Part shown: piece after piece, positions 37,393-51,329 of the stretch
How the letters are laid out: each line of letters opens with the position of its first letter
Position numbering within the stretch: the first letter of the stretch is position 1
Source of the DNA: Lingula anatina
Taxonomy: Eukaryota > Animalia > Brachiopoda
Direction of reading: 5' to 3'
Assembly (NCBI GenBank): GCA_051362555.1
Contig: CM120644.1
Span: 19,924,534-19,988,533 of the forward strand
DNA: 64,000 nt
Notes under the pieces: generated by a model
The model's database searches: none
Told to the model about the DNA's origin: nothing
The model's input: the letters and a program-made list of their open reading frames with translations, nothing else
Program-made: the position numbers and the translations under genes

Positions 37393-37724
37393 CCCTCAAT
37401 AAAATCTGTCTTAATTTCTTCAAAAATACAATGTAAAAATGGTTCTTTTTTTTTTTAACTGTAACAATAGTCACTCACCTGATAAGGGAAAAGACTTCTA
37501 GAAAAGCACTTTCGCTAGAAGATTCATAGGGCCAGACAATTTTCACTGTGAATGCAGATAATCAGTAATCATGACAAAAATTTTAATATCCATGACCTCA
37601 CCACCTTTTCGAATTACATTTTAGAAGCTTTACACTTGCAACTTATGTGAATGACACAGGACCTAGCCCCTTAAAATGTTTTGCTATCCAATGAACTTTA
37701 CTTCAAGTTCATTGTTTTTTATTT

Positions 37725-38100
37725 CTCACCCACTTCCATGGAGATGTGGTGCTTCAATCCACTGCTTGGTAGCAGATCTGTGGATTTTTGTTTGATAATT
37801 TGATCTCTCAGTATACAAATTCAGAGCATCTTGGGTAAGAGGCATTCTCTGCTCACTTGGGGTTGACAAGCAAAATATGTTCAGAACCTGGCCTCATTGA
37901 CATTACTAGCTGCCTTCTGGATATAAAGATTGCAGACAAATTGTTCCATCACTTTTGATTTTCTTTCTGCAACTGCGAAGACTGCCCAAAGACAGGAGAA
38001 AGCCTCTATGAAGTCACTATTGCCATAATTCATGTATATATCAAAAGCTTTCCTCTCTTCTTTCCCTAAAAAAGGGCTGAAGGTAGTTAGAAGCACTGGA
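37725..38100 (-). pseudogene. DNA-transposon protein fragment (probably an Academ/XPG-type C-terminal region)
   Basis: MEQFVCNLY...NVNEARF...MPLTQDALNLY.RSNYQTKI matches the E.FVC.LY...VN.aR...LPPT.daL..H..Ra.YQ motif. The superfamily assignment is from memory. Confidence 0.5.
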
Positions 38101-39199
38101 AGTTTTGGTATGCCAAGTTTCCAATATTTGAATTCACTAAATGAGAATGGAATTAATTATTTTTTTAAAGTGTGTTAATGTTTCGATGTAACCTTGCCTG
38201 CCTTAAACATAGCCAGCCAACCTGAGTTTTTTAGCAGTTCCTCCAGTTAGTCCATGTATTGAATCTTTGTAGAAAAGTGTGGGTAGTCCTGCCAAAGATT
38301 TTGTTTATTCTCTACTGATACTGAACTGAGCTGGGAGGTCCATAGCTGCCTTCTCCCAGACTCTACCATCTGGATCTATCACAACATTTCTTGCTGGGTC
38401 TGCTTGATACACCTAACTGTAAATCTGTAAATTAAAAATATCAAAATATCATTCCTATCAGTGGCAAATTGCAAGTTGTTTCATATTCCATGAAGTGAAT
38501 AATGAAAAAAATCTACCCTTAACAGATAAAATCACCAAATATTGTACCAAAAGTCTTTTGGCGTACTAAATCAAAATGAAGTTGTAATAGCTCTATCTTT
38601 GGAGAATTTACCCATTCAAAAAAAAAAAAAAAAAAAAAATGGAAAAAGAAAAAATCAAAGATGGATGCCAATTTATGGTAATATTATTTTAAAGTATCTG
38701 CTAAAAAGAGTTTGCTTTTTTTTTTTTTTTTTTTGACTAATGGAATTCTAGGATTATTTTGGATCCTAAGGTGGCCCAGGATCCCTGCTGATTGCATGAG
38801 TGTTTTGTTGTATAATGAAGTTTCTGAGATTAAAAAAAAAAAATGGCTGCCTTGCCAAACTTGCCCACCTGTATGGCAACTCTGTGGTGATAAATGGGCA
38901 TACAAGAATTATTTCTTGACACCCAGCTCGGCATGGCATGTTGGTCTCTCCACAACAAAACAGTAACCTGATTTGACAGCACTGGAGTCAAAAAGACCTA
39001 ATTGGATTTTTGCCAGTTGCAATTTTAGGTCTTTGATCTTTCAAAAGAGAATAAGTTTGTTTTATCTTATAGGTGGGGGGGGGGACATTTCACTTTCTTT
39101 TTTGCATATCTTGCTTCCTTTCTTCTCACTTGTGCACTCTTTGAGGGTGTTAGGAAGACCTGTTCTATACTCCATATTTTGTTCAACTGTCTGTTCAAA

Positions 39200-39800
39200 T
39201 AAGGGAAGAAAATGTTGCCAGCATAATCATCCAATGTGTTGCCACTGGCAAGAAGACTGTGGACAATGGTTGCACCATGTAGCACCTCACAGTCATATGT
39301 TGATGGCTGATCTGGCTGCTCACAATTGGCTCAGAGATTTTTAAGAGATACAAAAATCTACTGCCAGGCAGGTGAAGTTTTCCAATATCTGAAAGTGAAA
39401 GAGGGAATGACTGGTCCATCTAATGGACAGAAAATTCTCAGAAGTAAAGATCACAGTTTTGTATTGAGATATACAATTAAACTTAGGGTCATGTTTTTCT
39501 GTAAAAATTTAAGTCTGAATGCTGTAATTAGAAACAATGAGACTTGCATAACCAGAAAGACATTGATTTCCAACTATGTTTAGAAGAGGCCAAAAATTGG
39601 GATCATTCAAGAAACTAGCGAGTGTTGCTCCCCCTGAGCAATAAAAGTTAGTCGTGAGGCCATCAACACTAAAATTGTTTGGTAGGGATGGCTCCTGGTG
39701 TAATCGCTTTAAAAAGCTGCGCCCCTTGAGTAGAGTCGGCCATGAACTGGTCCCCAGAAAAACGTCTGAGTCATCATGGTCTTGCATACTTAAAACCTCT
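39200..39800 (-). pseudogene. Possible decayed SGNH-hydrolase-like ORF
   Basis: LLKGRSFLKRL...FYCSGGATLASFL resembles the ilGHSFv.rl...GG.t pattern of TE-borne SGNH esterases. It is frameshifted. Confidence 0.35.
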
Positions 39801-40879
39801 GTACTCCTGGAATGGAAATCTCTCTCTTATGTTAAATACAACCCAGGAGGGAATCACCATTCTCTTCTTCCTTCCTAAATTATGGTGGATCCACCTTGTA
39901 AAGGAGGGGTAAGCTATGTAATGATATAACCTGGAACAAATGTTTGAAAGAAATTTTAGCGAGGAATGTATGAAGATAAAAATGCCACTGCCATAAATCA
40001 GACTGTGTGGTAATTGTAATTTAATATTTGTTTATTTTTTATTTATTTATTTATTTTTTTACATTTAATTTTTTTTAGTACAAAAGGAAATGCACTTATA
40101 ATATATACTTAGAATAATGAAAAACAGTGCTTGTTCATATTTATCATTATATCTGACTCAGTAATTTATTTCAATAATATGGACATTACGTAAAAACGAC
40201 CTAGAATAAAAGTAAAAAAGTTACTTGTTGATGGGCATATTGTCATCAGTTGGTCCTTCCTGTTCCACGTTCTGGTACATATTCACTTCAATCACGTCTC
40301 TGTTAAGACACACACTGGAGAAGGTAGCCATGTGCAATGCGTGGTGCAATTTTCATTTTCTAGTCTGTCTTCTATGGGGCTCAGCTCATGACAACATATG
40401 CATTCTAGTCCATCAGACATTGGATGACATGAACAACACAAACACCTGGAATATATTTTTGAATAGTAAATAGAGATAAATGTCTACCACTTCAACTGAG
40501 CTTCATTGTCTACCTGTGAGATGACTTTTCAAACTCCTGATAACAGTACATACACATTCAAATCTCTTACCCGAGGAATCTAAAACCTCTTTAAGCCGTG
40601 TGAAGCCATTTTCCTGTTTATTCAATTCTTTAACCTGCTTGGCTCTCTACTCTGGTGGCCTTATGTCATCATCAGACAACTCCCCGACTGAGCAAAAAGG
40701 ACATTTTTTAAAGCCCAATTTTTACAAAATGAGCTTTTAATTTGTGTATTTTGCATAAAGATACGTATCATTAGCAGGACATGTTTTCTGAAGAATGTGA
40801 TCTGTTCAAGCCATTCTGACGGTCTGGCGTGAAACCTTAAATTTCAATTTTGTATAACCTATTTGTGTATAAATAACTC

Positions 40880-41299
40880 ATAGTCCTTACCGTTCAATCA
40901 CCACTGGCATGACTTTCCTCAGGTGGCCAAGGTATTTCTTACATTTCTCGTTGTCCACAGTCCTCCAAAAGTCTCTTAGACCTGCAGCCAACTCTTCTTT
41001 TCTTTTGTGTTTGGTGTTTCCTCAGGTGATGCTTCATCTCAGCCCAGAGCAGTTCAGTGGGGTTAAAGTTGGGGCTTTCAGGGGGGTCTTCGTCCAGTTG
41101 ACACCATTTTCTTCCAAAAATATTCTTTGGTCAAGTGGCTTGTGTGGGTTTTGGTGTTGTCTTGAAAAAAGCGATGACCTTCAGGGAGAGTTTCACTTAG
41201 GAATGGAAGAAGGAAGTCTTTCAAAATTTTAACACAGAATTCTGCATTCATCAGGCCTGAAAAGATTCCAAGTTTGGTTGCACCCCTTTTGGAGATCCC
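40880..41299 (-). pseudogene. Tc1-family DDE transposase C-terminal fragment
   Basis: EGHRFFQDNTKTHTS...TPPESPNFNPTELLWAEMKHHLR, read across frameshifts. Confidence 0.8.
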
Positions 41300-41706
41300 T
41301 GAAAAAAAAAAATTTTAACATGATTTCTTTGTTTTATTTTGCGAAAGCACATATACCAGGTAATTTCTCTAAAGTTAGTTATTAGTATTAATCATCAAAC
41401 CAAAGGAATAATGCAGTTTTGGTTCCACAACAAACATTTTCTTTATTGGACTCTCTTTTGGTTTGAAGAATTGGGATGCTAAGTTTCTCAGGGAGGCAAA
41501 ATGGGTGTTAGAGTCATTGGCGAGGGTGGACATGAAGGGAGTAATAAATCTTTAGATAAAAACCCCACAGTCCTCGAGCATGAAATAGATAATTGCGTGT
41601 CAAATCACTGGAGGCTGTCACATGAACAGTAAAGACAAATACATGTGGGATAAGAAAATCATTTTCATCATAGGTGAAGAAAATTATATTAAATTATATT
41701 TTTTAC

Positions 41707-42162
41707 CTTGTACTCTGGAAATTTAACCACTTCCAAAAGGCGTGTCTACATGGGACATCTAAACTTCATGGACATTTGGGAGTTCTGGCATTTTGAATAT
41801 ACAAAGTCGGACTCCTGATCGTTTATCTGAAAATGAAATTTAGCATTAGTAGCTATAGGCTTTTGTCTTTTGTCCCCCTTCCCCCTCCCATGCAACAAAT
41901 TATATCCCTTATGAATAGGCTTTAACACCAATGTTAATAAAATTAAAGCCCTATAACATATATATTTTAGCAACCTTGTCAGCTTTCACAGCAGCAATTT
42001 TCGCCTTGACTGCATTTTTTCTATGAGGTCCACGGTGGCAGTCTGTGATGATTTCACTGAAGATCATGAAAGGCATCACGTCAAATTCTAACCATTCAAA
42101 TGAAGTATCCTGTCTTTGATTCTTTGATTCCATCTAATCTTTTTGGTTGGGACTTTCCAGTC
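41707..42162 (-). pseudogene. Exon relics of a CARF-like/MULE-associated protein
   Basis: EFDVMPFMIFSEIITDCHRGP and QMSMKFRCPM*TRLLEVVKFPEYK lie in splice-flanked segments. Confidence 0.4.
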
Positions 42163-43896
42163 TGCAATATAAAATATGAACAATTATAGTATTTGTTTTA
42201 AACAAACACTTATCTTACAAATTACACCATTCCAAATGAAGTAACTTGTCTTTGATTCTGTAGTGCATGTTTAAGACATACTTAGTGTTCACACCTCAAA
42301 CAATCCTTTTACTTCTTTATTGGCAAATGCTTTCCTTATCAGATTGGTGCTAATTTCAGTGCCAAATTTTCAACCTACACATGGAAAGTGTAAGTGTTGC
42401 ACCATGTTGGTCCATTTTTCTTCATTCTCCTTTGATCTTGATCTTGACCTCTCACTATGATGCTACAGTGCCACTGGAATTTAACCTTACCAGAAGGCCG
42501 CATCTCTTTTCTTAAGTACATTAAAGTCTAATCTGGACATGCATGGGGCAATAAACATCATATCAGAAAAAAAATAAAACCATGGATTTATGATTTCTCT
42601 CCATACCCCTGAGCTAGAAACTGTCTTATCCACTCCTCAAAAGATGAAGTGTCTGTCTCAGCACAGTACCAGTTTCCATAGTATTGTTCCATAGTATGTG
42701 CAGGGGCCTTGCATTCTGTATTAAACTTTTTACAGACATATACACAGATGAAGTCTTTTTGTATGCCCTTTTAAATACACCCTTCCTCTGCCTTCCTCTT
42801 CCTGTAATGTTGTGCAGAGTATGGAACTTTAGAAACAGAAATCTGTTCAGTACTAGTTACTGTTGTCACAGGCAGGGGTAAAACAAGAAGGGGTGGTTGG
42901 GGCAAAAGTGGTCTCAAAGGTGCAGTTGGAGCCTTAGTTGGCCTTCCTCTTTTTTTGGGAAGTGAAGCAGTGCCTGCTGTGTTTGGTGGAGTGACAGGCC
43001 TCATTTCAGTCTATTTATCTTTATCTTAATTATTATTTTTCAACATCCCAGCCACCTTGCTTAATAAAAAATATATATTTTTTTCAGATTTAATCTTGAT
43101 CTTTTATAATGTATGCCTTGTGTGAAACCATGGATACAGTAGCAGTAGTAGTAAAATGTTACTAGTATGCATGCACTGTACATTACTTTTGCCTTTTGGC
43201 TCATCCGGTTGAATATGGGTATTTCTAGATTTGATTTGCTTCGTCATCTACAAAAAAGTTCCCTTTTATTACTCCTCATTTCTAATGTTAATAAAGGAAA
43301 TGGAAATAAGACTTGCTTTTATCAAAAACATCTCTGTGAATGCACGGCAAGAATTGTCATCCCGTTTAGACTTACTTTCCTAAATTATTGCATGTTCACG
43401 GATTGTGATCAGTGCATTTTAATCAAAATATCAATAAAATGGACAAACTCCACTTGATTCTTGATTCTTTTTGTCTGTAAGACATCTGCAATAGAAGATA
43501 TCTGGAGGAAGAAGTGTCTTGAGGCTCATATAGTAAGACTGGCTGTGCACTTATCCTGACTCCATTTCTGCATCAGTTGCAGGCAACTGATACACCTCAC
43601 TCTGCAACTGCAATCCAAAAGTAATATTTAAAATCCTACATTGTTAAAAGAGATTACAATAATTTGCATTAAGACCAAATGGCACAAGATGTATTCTTTA
43701 ATGTGATGAACTATTTTCCCCTTTTTGTATGTTCCCAAAAAGATTTTTTTCTTTAGCAGTTGGAAGGTCTGCACATGAACACTTACATCATCCTCCATGC
43801 ATGTTGTCATGTTTAAATTTTCACTCCACTTTCTCATCTCCTCCTGATTTGTGAAAGTCCTTACTTTCCTACAAAACAGAAAATAAATTATACCAC

Positions 43897-45756
43897 CAGG
43901 GTTCTGCCAAGGTCTCAAAAAAGGGGGGAGAATTCTCCCCTCTGAGCTTAAAAGTTGGGGAGATTTTGAGAAATAGTGGGAGATCAGGAAAAATGATATT
44001 TTACGTAAAAACATACACTGTTAGTCTGTATTGGTATTTAATTAAAGTTCACAAACTGAACTGATTCAACTTTGAAAGTGATTTTACATAGACTGTATGT
44101 ATATACAGTTGCAAATGATTTTTTATAAAAACTTTCACTTTAAGGCTATGTGCCAACAATGATACACTGCTAATCTGTACTGTTCATAGCATCTTCCTCA
44201 TTATCATAGCGGAGCCAAGAATAATCTCTTAACCAATCGTGTTGAAATTTCTGTGGCACTACTTTTGGTTTCTTTCTTTCAGGCCCTTCGATGGTATTTG
44301 GTCTGCAGACCTAAAATTTAAAAAAAAGTTAAAATTTCTCCTACTTACAAACTTATAATTTCTGGAACCAGACACCACAATCCAAAAGAATTTTTAGGTT
44401 TTGATGATTAATCATGACTAAATTAACACTTTAATCAGGAAAAATTGTGTTTGGGTGTTAGTGTTTGGGAAGGACATTTTTATCTTTGATTTATCGTTTT
44501 CACAATATTGACTACTTTTTAAAATAAAGGCTAAAGTAAAAAAAATATAGGTCACCCATTTGGTTGAGTTCATTCTATGAAAATATCCTTGATTAGGAGG
44601 CCCTAACTTTTTTTCAAATTAGTATTCTCACACATATATACAGAGGAATAAACAGATCTCCTTACTTCTTCATTGAAGTTAAACATTTCCTTTTTTCAAA
44701 TTTTTATTCTCACACACACACATATATGCATTATAGAGAGATAGGAATAAACATATCAAAAATGGGCCTCCTAACTTTTTAAACTTCTTTTTCATATTAT
44801 CATACTCACATAGGAGGAATAAACATATCAAAAACGGGCCTCCACTTCTTTTTCATATTATCATACTCACATAGGAGGAATAAGCATACCAGAAACGGGA
44901 CCCGTCATTTTTTAACGTTTTTTTTTTTTTTTAATTTTCATACTCACATATAGAGGAATAATCGTACCAAAAACGGGCCTATTACCGTTTTTTTACTTTC
45001 TTTCACATTTCCAAACGATGTGTCAAGTGTCCTTCCAAAACGTAAAATAAAAATGCCACGGAATTGGACCATACCTTTATCGTCGACGAACTGTCAGTTT
45101 CATCTGGAGTCGCATCTTCAGAAATTTGTTTCTTCCTTTTCTCAGACTTGTCAGGCGGAATGACGGATTCACCTGACTTTGGCATAAAACTTAAAATAGA
45201 TCTCTGTTTTTTAACTTTCGCTTTCGGCAGGGGTAATCCTATTCGGCAAGGAAGCCGCCATTTTAACCACGCCTGAATATCACTGTCACGCTGTCTATCA
45301 TTGGTTGACTGTCCCGCGAGTGAGAGAACCAATAAAACCGCTCAATCGCTCAACCTACTTTAGGCCGAGTGCAGCGGAGTCACCCGAGGATTGCCGATTG
45401 GACTGTAGTCATGAAGAGGTACTATTGATATTACGACAACAAATGACGACGCTGCCTGAAACGATCTCTTACGAGGGTACACATGCAGTTAAACTTCGTC
45501 GCAATATGACGACGTTAAGGACACTGTGTTAACAAGTCAATGCAGCGGGTGATGCAAAGAAATTTATACCGGTGATGATAATTTAGATAAACAATTTTAG
45601 ACGCCACTCTCAATGTGTCTTTTATCATCTCAAGAACAATGATAGCACCCTCATTCGGTTTGTATGCGAGAATTTTCGCATCTTTGGTAATTTTTGTGCG
45701 AGAATTTTATTTTTTTGGCGAGAATCTCGCAGAATCGCGGCCTCGGCAGAACCCTG
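43897..45756 (-). mobile_element. Internally deleted hAT-type transposon with 6-bp TSD (TACCAC)
   Basis: TIR CAGGGTTCTGCC(A/G)AGG; TACCAC at 43891-43896 and 45757-45762. It retains an N-terminal relic (KQRSILSFMPK) and a TTF-type zinc-finger start QKFQHDWLRDYSWLRYDNEEDAM (~44186-44255). Internal tandem repeats at 44620-45000. Confidence 0.8.
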
Positions 45757-47339
45757 TACCACCTAAATAAAACAAAAATCTTAATGGTTACATGGGATGC
45801 AAACAAAAGGACAAAGGCAATTTTAAGTTGTACTGTCATAACTTTATCAGACTTTGGTCCATTATGGAAAAAGTATGAATTAAGAGCATCAAAAACTCAG
45901 TTGTTATATATAAATAACTTATAACTTTTTTTATTTTGCACTGAATGCTGTGGATCTGTTGTTCTATTTTTAATGGATTTATGGATTTTTACCTGCCGCT
46001 GTAGTGATGTTTATTTTGTTGGTGTCTTCTTATCTTCATTTTTAAAAACTTTCTTGTGTTTGGACTGTTGCTCAGGCCAATCTCCTCTGTGATCTGGATA
46101 AAGAATAAAAAGAAATTATCACTGTATCAATCAAAATTTGTACATTCAGGTTTTATAATTTAGTATAATCTGTCTGATTAAATCATACTTTTTTTTTCAA
46201 GCTCATTTTATTTCACAGTATAATTTTTATTAAGCAAGGTGGCTGGGATGTTGAAAAATAATAATTTTGATAAATAAATGTATCCAAAAATTTGTATAAA
46301 ACTAGCATATTACAGTGGTATCATAATATACCCACAGCAATGATGGCAGAATGCATCTTATCTGCATCTTTACTCCCTCCAACGCCAGTCCTAACAGTCC
46401 AGGTCTTGACGGATTGCTGAATTTGAAAAAAATGTGGAGAATAATAATAATAATCAAAGTAAATCCAAATCTGCTGAGAAAGGGCATTTTGCTAAATACT
46501 GTCTTATTTGACAATGTTCTGCTTTTATAATATGCAGGTATTAATCATTCCAGTAAAATTGTGCTATAAATACGCAAAGAAAAAACATTTCATTGAAGAA
46601 AAATGTTTGTTAAACGTCTTAAGACAAAAAAGCCTTGTAAACTTTGGTAAACTCACATCATCATCAGCTGCATAACATATTCAGCTACTGATGAAGCATT
46701 CTTGTTCTGCAGTGCTGTAGCAGAAGCATGTTTCGTTAAATAACAATTCACAGTGCATATATATTTGTACCCTCTGTGCGATTCTTCCATGGTTACAATT
46801 TCTTTATTCCTATCTGTAAGTGCAAAAATAAAAGTGTTGCTAAATGTAAGAAAACTATGCATTTTTGCACTTAAGGCATACTTAATTGATTTCTAAGTCA
46901 GGGTGTTCTTTAGATATACGTTGTAATTAAAACTTCTACTTATGTAATTATAACTTTTATAAGGCTCAAAATGCAATCCACGACTCCATAGTTTGTGTCA
47001 GCTTTACGCATTGCCCCTCAAAGAAAACCCAAGGACACATAATGACCAGTTTAATGGTTTATTTCTTGATGCTCTCTACATTCATATTAAAAAATATATT
47101 TAAAAAGTATATTAAAAAAGTATATTTAAAAAAAAAGCACCAATCAGATGCATGAAGGGCTTATGAACATTTAGTCATTACATACATAGTGAGAAAGCAT
47201 TGTGCTGCACTCCAAAAGGAACAGAAGAGTAATAGATGTAATTTACTTTGTATATAAATAATTAAAAAAAGTTATTTTGATAATAGTGTTGGAACTGTAA
47301 TAATTGGATAAAATGGAAACATGTTCCATCTTTACTTGC

Positions 47340-48087
47340 TTTGACGATCTTGTCCTCACTAATTGAGGCATGTATTGCCATGGGGCAATTCAGTCCTTAT
47401 GCCTTCCTCGCTGGTAATTGAGATAAGTCCCTCCGCAATTTCTTTATTCATTGCTGTTTCCCCTTCTAACTCTTCAGTTAGGAAGGGTAAATCCCCATTG
47501 TTAGAGGAGGAAAAAGCAATCAGTGTCAATTGTTTATCTATATCCATGCTTGGTTGTATCTGAAATGAACAAAGAAGACATACCTAAAACATTGTATTTG
47601 TTAGTTATTATATAAAACATTTAATTGTAGTGAAATTACAGGTCTAGGGACAGTGTTGAAAAGAAAAACAGTTGTTACCACATCTTTTGCATTGTTAATG
47701 TGGCATACTAGGCGTTTTTCAAATGAGTTGAAACTGTTGTCATGGAATTCTGCAGACCTGCCGACCTTGACTGGTGAAGATGAGGCATCACGCCACAAGT
47801 TTACTGGAATGGAGTCAGTTGCATCTTCTACTATGACGGTAGTCATTTTGGTGGCTACTCCATTTACCTCCACATCTTTGGAATTGTTGATGTGGCACAC
47901 CAGTCTTTTTTCAAAAGAGTTGAAACTTATTTGTCTCTTAAATTCTGCCAAGCTTCCAACCTTGACAGGAGAACTAGAGGCATCTCGTCATAGATTTCCA
48001 GTTATTGAGTCTGTTTCTTCTTGCACCATGAGGGTTGTTATCTTTGTCAGTTGTCCTTTGACTATAAGGTTCTTTGTTGTTTCAATC
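47340..48087 (-). pseudogene. OB-fold (RPA-like ssDNA-binding) exon relics with an internal duplication
   Basis: Two copies of V.G..TK.TT..V...TDSI..NLWRDASSSPVKVG..AEF...SFNSFEKRLVCHINN; one copy has TGA in place of W. Confidence 0.55.
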
Positions 48088-48164
48088 TGTAAAAAGAGAA
48101 TTCAACAAAAGAAACTATTTACAAATAAAATATAAGCCTGCATTATGATGCATTGGTTTTGAAA

Positions 48165-48285
48165 CCCCTTACGAAAATTTCCTATAGGATTTCCTATAGG
48201 AAATCTTATAGGATCCTATAGGAAATCCTATAGGATCCTATAGGAAATTGTCCCTTTTTCCTATAGGATCCTATAGGAAATCTTA
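48165..48285. repeat. CCTATAGG palindrome array, likely a CMC-type element terminus
   Basis: Begins CCCTTACGAAAA, followed by repeated (T)CCTATAGGA units. Confidence 0.6.
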
Positions 48286-48487
48286 TTAACTGCTTAGAAT
48301 ATTTTTACAGCTCTTTATATATTGTGAAGTACTTGGCAAAAATTGGTAGCTCTGGTCCTTCAAAACAAAAGAGAGTATCATGTTTATATCCTTTATTCAA
48401 TATGTACAAAGTGTGTACATCTTCAACATACAACATATAATTCTGATTTAGGGTAGTAGTTCATCCCTTGAGTTATGACTAAGAATT

Positions 48488-50311
48488 TTAAACATAAGTC
48501 TTTTGTACATTGTTAAGCTTCTCAGTAATTGCTTTCTTTACTTCTGTTGATGACATGTTAAACCATCTGCAGACGTATTCTGAAAAAAAAAAAAACATTG
48601 TTTGTTCAGTTTGCTGTTTACAAAAATGCAAAATAAGGAGGAAAATTTTTCTAATCAGATAAATAATAATTGCACCAATTCTATTTCGAGCAATTCATTG
48701 CCTTTATCAGTTAACAGCATTTTATCAAAGACGAGGGATTAAAGTAAAAATATGAAGAACCAAATTGTTTAAAAGTGATACTGGCTGCTAGAATTTTATG
48801 CAAATGGAACCCATTATTATTGCACAATCTAAATTATTAGCGAAACATAAGGATATCTGAAACAATAAGATTTGTCAGCTTTTGTAGAAATCAGCCACAA
48901 CTTATTATCATGCTTACCACACAATGCCACCACCTTCGTCTGGTCAAGCTGTGGCTTAACCATTTTTTCTCTGTGCGCATTGGAACTCTTCCCAGTCAGA
49001 GAATGTGTTGCTAGGAGCTCTCTTGTCCAAATCATGTCCATTAAAACAAACAAATTTCCTCGGATCCCTATTCAAATCCAACACTTGCTTCTCCTCCCTC
49101 CTGATCTTTAATCCTGGGTGAAGCAGCACCTACAAAGACAACAGAAAATATCAATCACTTATACACCTTTATGGATTAGTAAGCTGGATTAACAGACACC
49201 AACAATATAGATACATATTCAACTACCAAATTAACATGTAAAAAATTCTATCAAAAATAATTCTAAATACAAACAAGGCACCAAAGCTGTTAAATATTTG
49301 TAAAGACTGATTCCCCATAAAATACAGGAAGCATTTTTACTAATTTACTAATCAAGTTGAACAGTTTATGTAAATTTATGTCTGTGAAATAAAAAGGTCC
49401 ATTCCACTGATGAATTGTTTCAAAAATAAGACAATGCAATTTGCCAAATCCTAGACCACGTTCTCATCAAGATAGTCAGCAGCTCAGCTAAGCCATGGCT
49501 CAAATATTTTCAACAGTAAATGAAAAGAAGAATGTGCCTCAACCAGCATTTTCCTTGCAGGGCCCGGGGCACAGTTCTTAAATTTCAGCTCCAATGTAAA
49601 GAGGCAGAGAAAGCATTACAGGATTGGGATTTTCTTTTTATCTACTGTTCACCATACCTGAGCCATGACTTATCAGCCTTTTCATTGAAATAATTTTCTG
49701 TAATATGTACATTACAAAATTATTCATATAGATGAAATCAAAATTTACCATGTGTTCATCCTCATTGTCAGAGGATCCCGAGCTGGAGGATTCCTGTCTC
49801 ACTCTTGATTTTGGAGCGAACAGTGTGGAGAAATATGATTGGCCAGACGTTGATGGAGTGGGTGATGGCGTGGGTGACTCTGACCTTCTGAACGCCTGCA
49901 CTCTGCTCACTGTGGTGGAGAGATCTTTCACGAGTTTCTCTACTGATACCAATCCTGATAAGTAAAATCAATCTTTATGTAGACATTTCACACAGTCATT
50001 TAAATAATAAGTAGAAACACTTGTATAAATAATTATTATAAGTATCTTTAACCATTCTAAAACGATGTGGACGCTCATTGTCATTGTACTTTCATTTTGT
50101 GAAAAGGACAAAATTTTACAATGATCACAAGATCTGTCTTGGTATGGGAACGTTACTTTAGCTTCTCCTGCGTTCTATTCTCATTGCAAACTTTACATGT
50201 TGTTGCTTCTTTGCTGCCAAGTTCCAAACTGACTTCATCATTAGCCAGCCTTCTTAGTAAAATGGTAGAACAACACTTAATGTTAATGAATAAATTCTTT
50301 TTACTGCTTGT
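48488..50311 (-). pseudogene. BEN-domain gene relic (TE accessory type); exons ~50155-50311, 49749-49954, 48918-49129, 48488-48579
   Basis: Spliced LFVLMDMIWTRELLATHSLTGKSSNAH...PQLDQTKVVALC|EYVCRWFNMSSTEVKKAITEKLNN* fits the BEN-domain pattern. It is preceded by a coiled-coil/Ser-rich exon, and there is a frameshift/stop near 49065. Confidence 0.65.
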
Positions 50312-50959
50312 CTAGGGAGATAAAAATCTGATTGTCCCTGATTTACCACTTGTGAATTATGAATGTGATAATACTCAACAGACTGCAACCAAAAGTGTCA
50401 CTTAAGTTGTCAGTTTGTTTTGGAGACAACACTAGAATTTGTCTTCTCTTGACTGTCAGTTCTTCAATTAATACTCCTATGTTTTGTAGCTTTCTCGCAG
50501 GATGTATGTCATCAAATCTGTTGAATGCAGCTGTATGAGAATGCCTAAAATCAACAGCATTTTAGCAACATTTCAAGAGAGTCTCCATCAGATGTCTCTT
50601 TCACCTTAAAAAATTCCTGCCACTTTTTTTTAGATTTCTATGTGTTTTTATGTACCAATACGTACCAGTTTATGTACCAATATGTACCAATATATGTACC
50701 AATATGTACCAGTTTATGTACCAATTAAAACCTTTCAGTTTTGTACTGATATTGTGGTATTTTTCTCATTATGTACAGTTACAGATTTGAATTTTAAAAA
50801 AATCAAGTTCTTTCTCTGGTGGAGAAAACACAGCCAGCAAAACCCACACTGCATTGGGTTTTGACATGTTTTTTATCTTGGAGCAGCCTTTGCAGTTTGG
50901 TAAAGTTCATCAGACCTGTATGCATCTTAGCATTTTTTTAATGCGTCCATTTGTTTAAG

Positions 50960-51149
50960 CTTTTGTCCGTAGGCATTTTGACGATTTTTCTAGTTTGCAC
51001 TTGCTTCTGAAACTCTTCCCTCACCATTTTGGTGAAGTCTAAACCTACACCATTGAAAAGTATGTGATTGGTATAACAGTCTGACGTCATTGAAATATGA
51101 TAAGGCCAGTTACAAACCAAGTTTCACGAACAACATTGGGGGTTTGATA

Positions 51150-51200
<51 letters not shown>

Positions 51201-51310
51201 GCTGGTAAAGGGGCATTTAACCTCCAGTGTTGTTGCTTCATTAATAATTCTGTCAGGTGTACTTGCCAAGTATGGATACTGTGCTGATGTACAAACATGC
51301 CACATCGCAA
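50960..51310 (-). pseudogene. YqaJ/lambda-exonuclease-like fragment interrupted by an (AT)n run
   Basis: CGMFV...YPYLASTPDRII...LEVKCPF, a PD-(D/E)xK motif; (AT)n at ~51153-51196. Confidence 0.7.
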
Positions 51311-51329
51311 TGTTCTGACACCTGATGTC

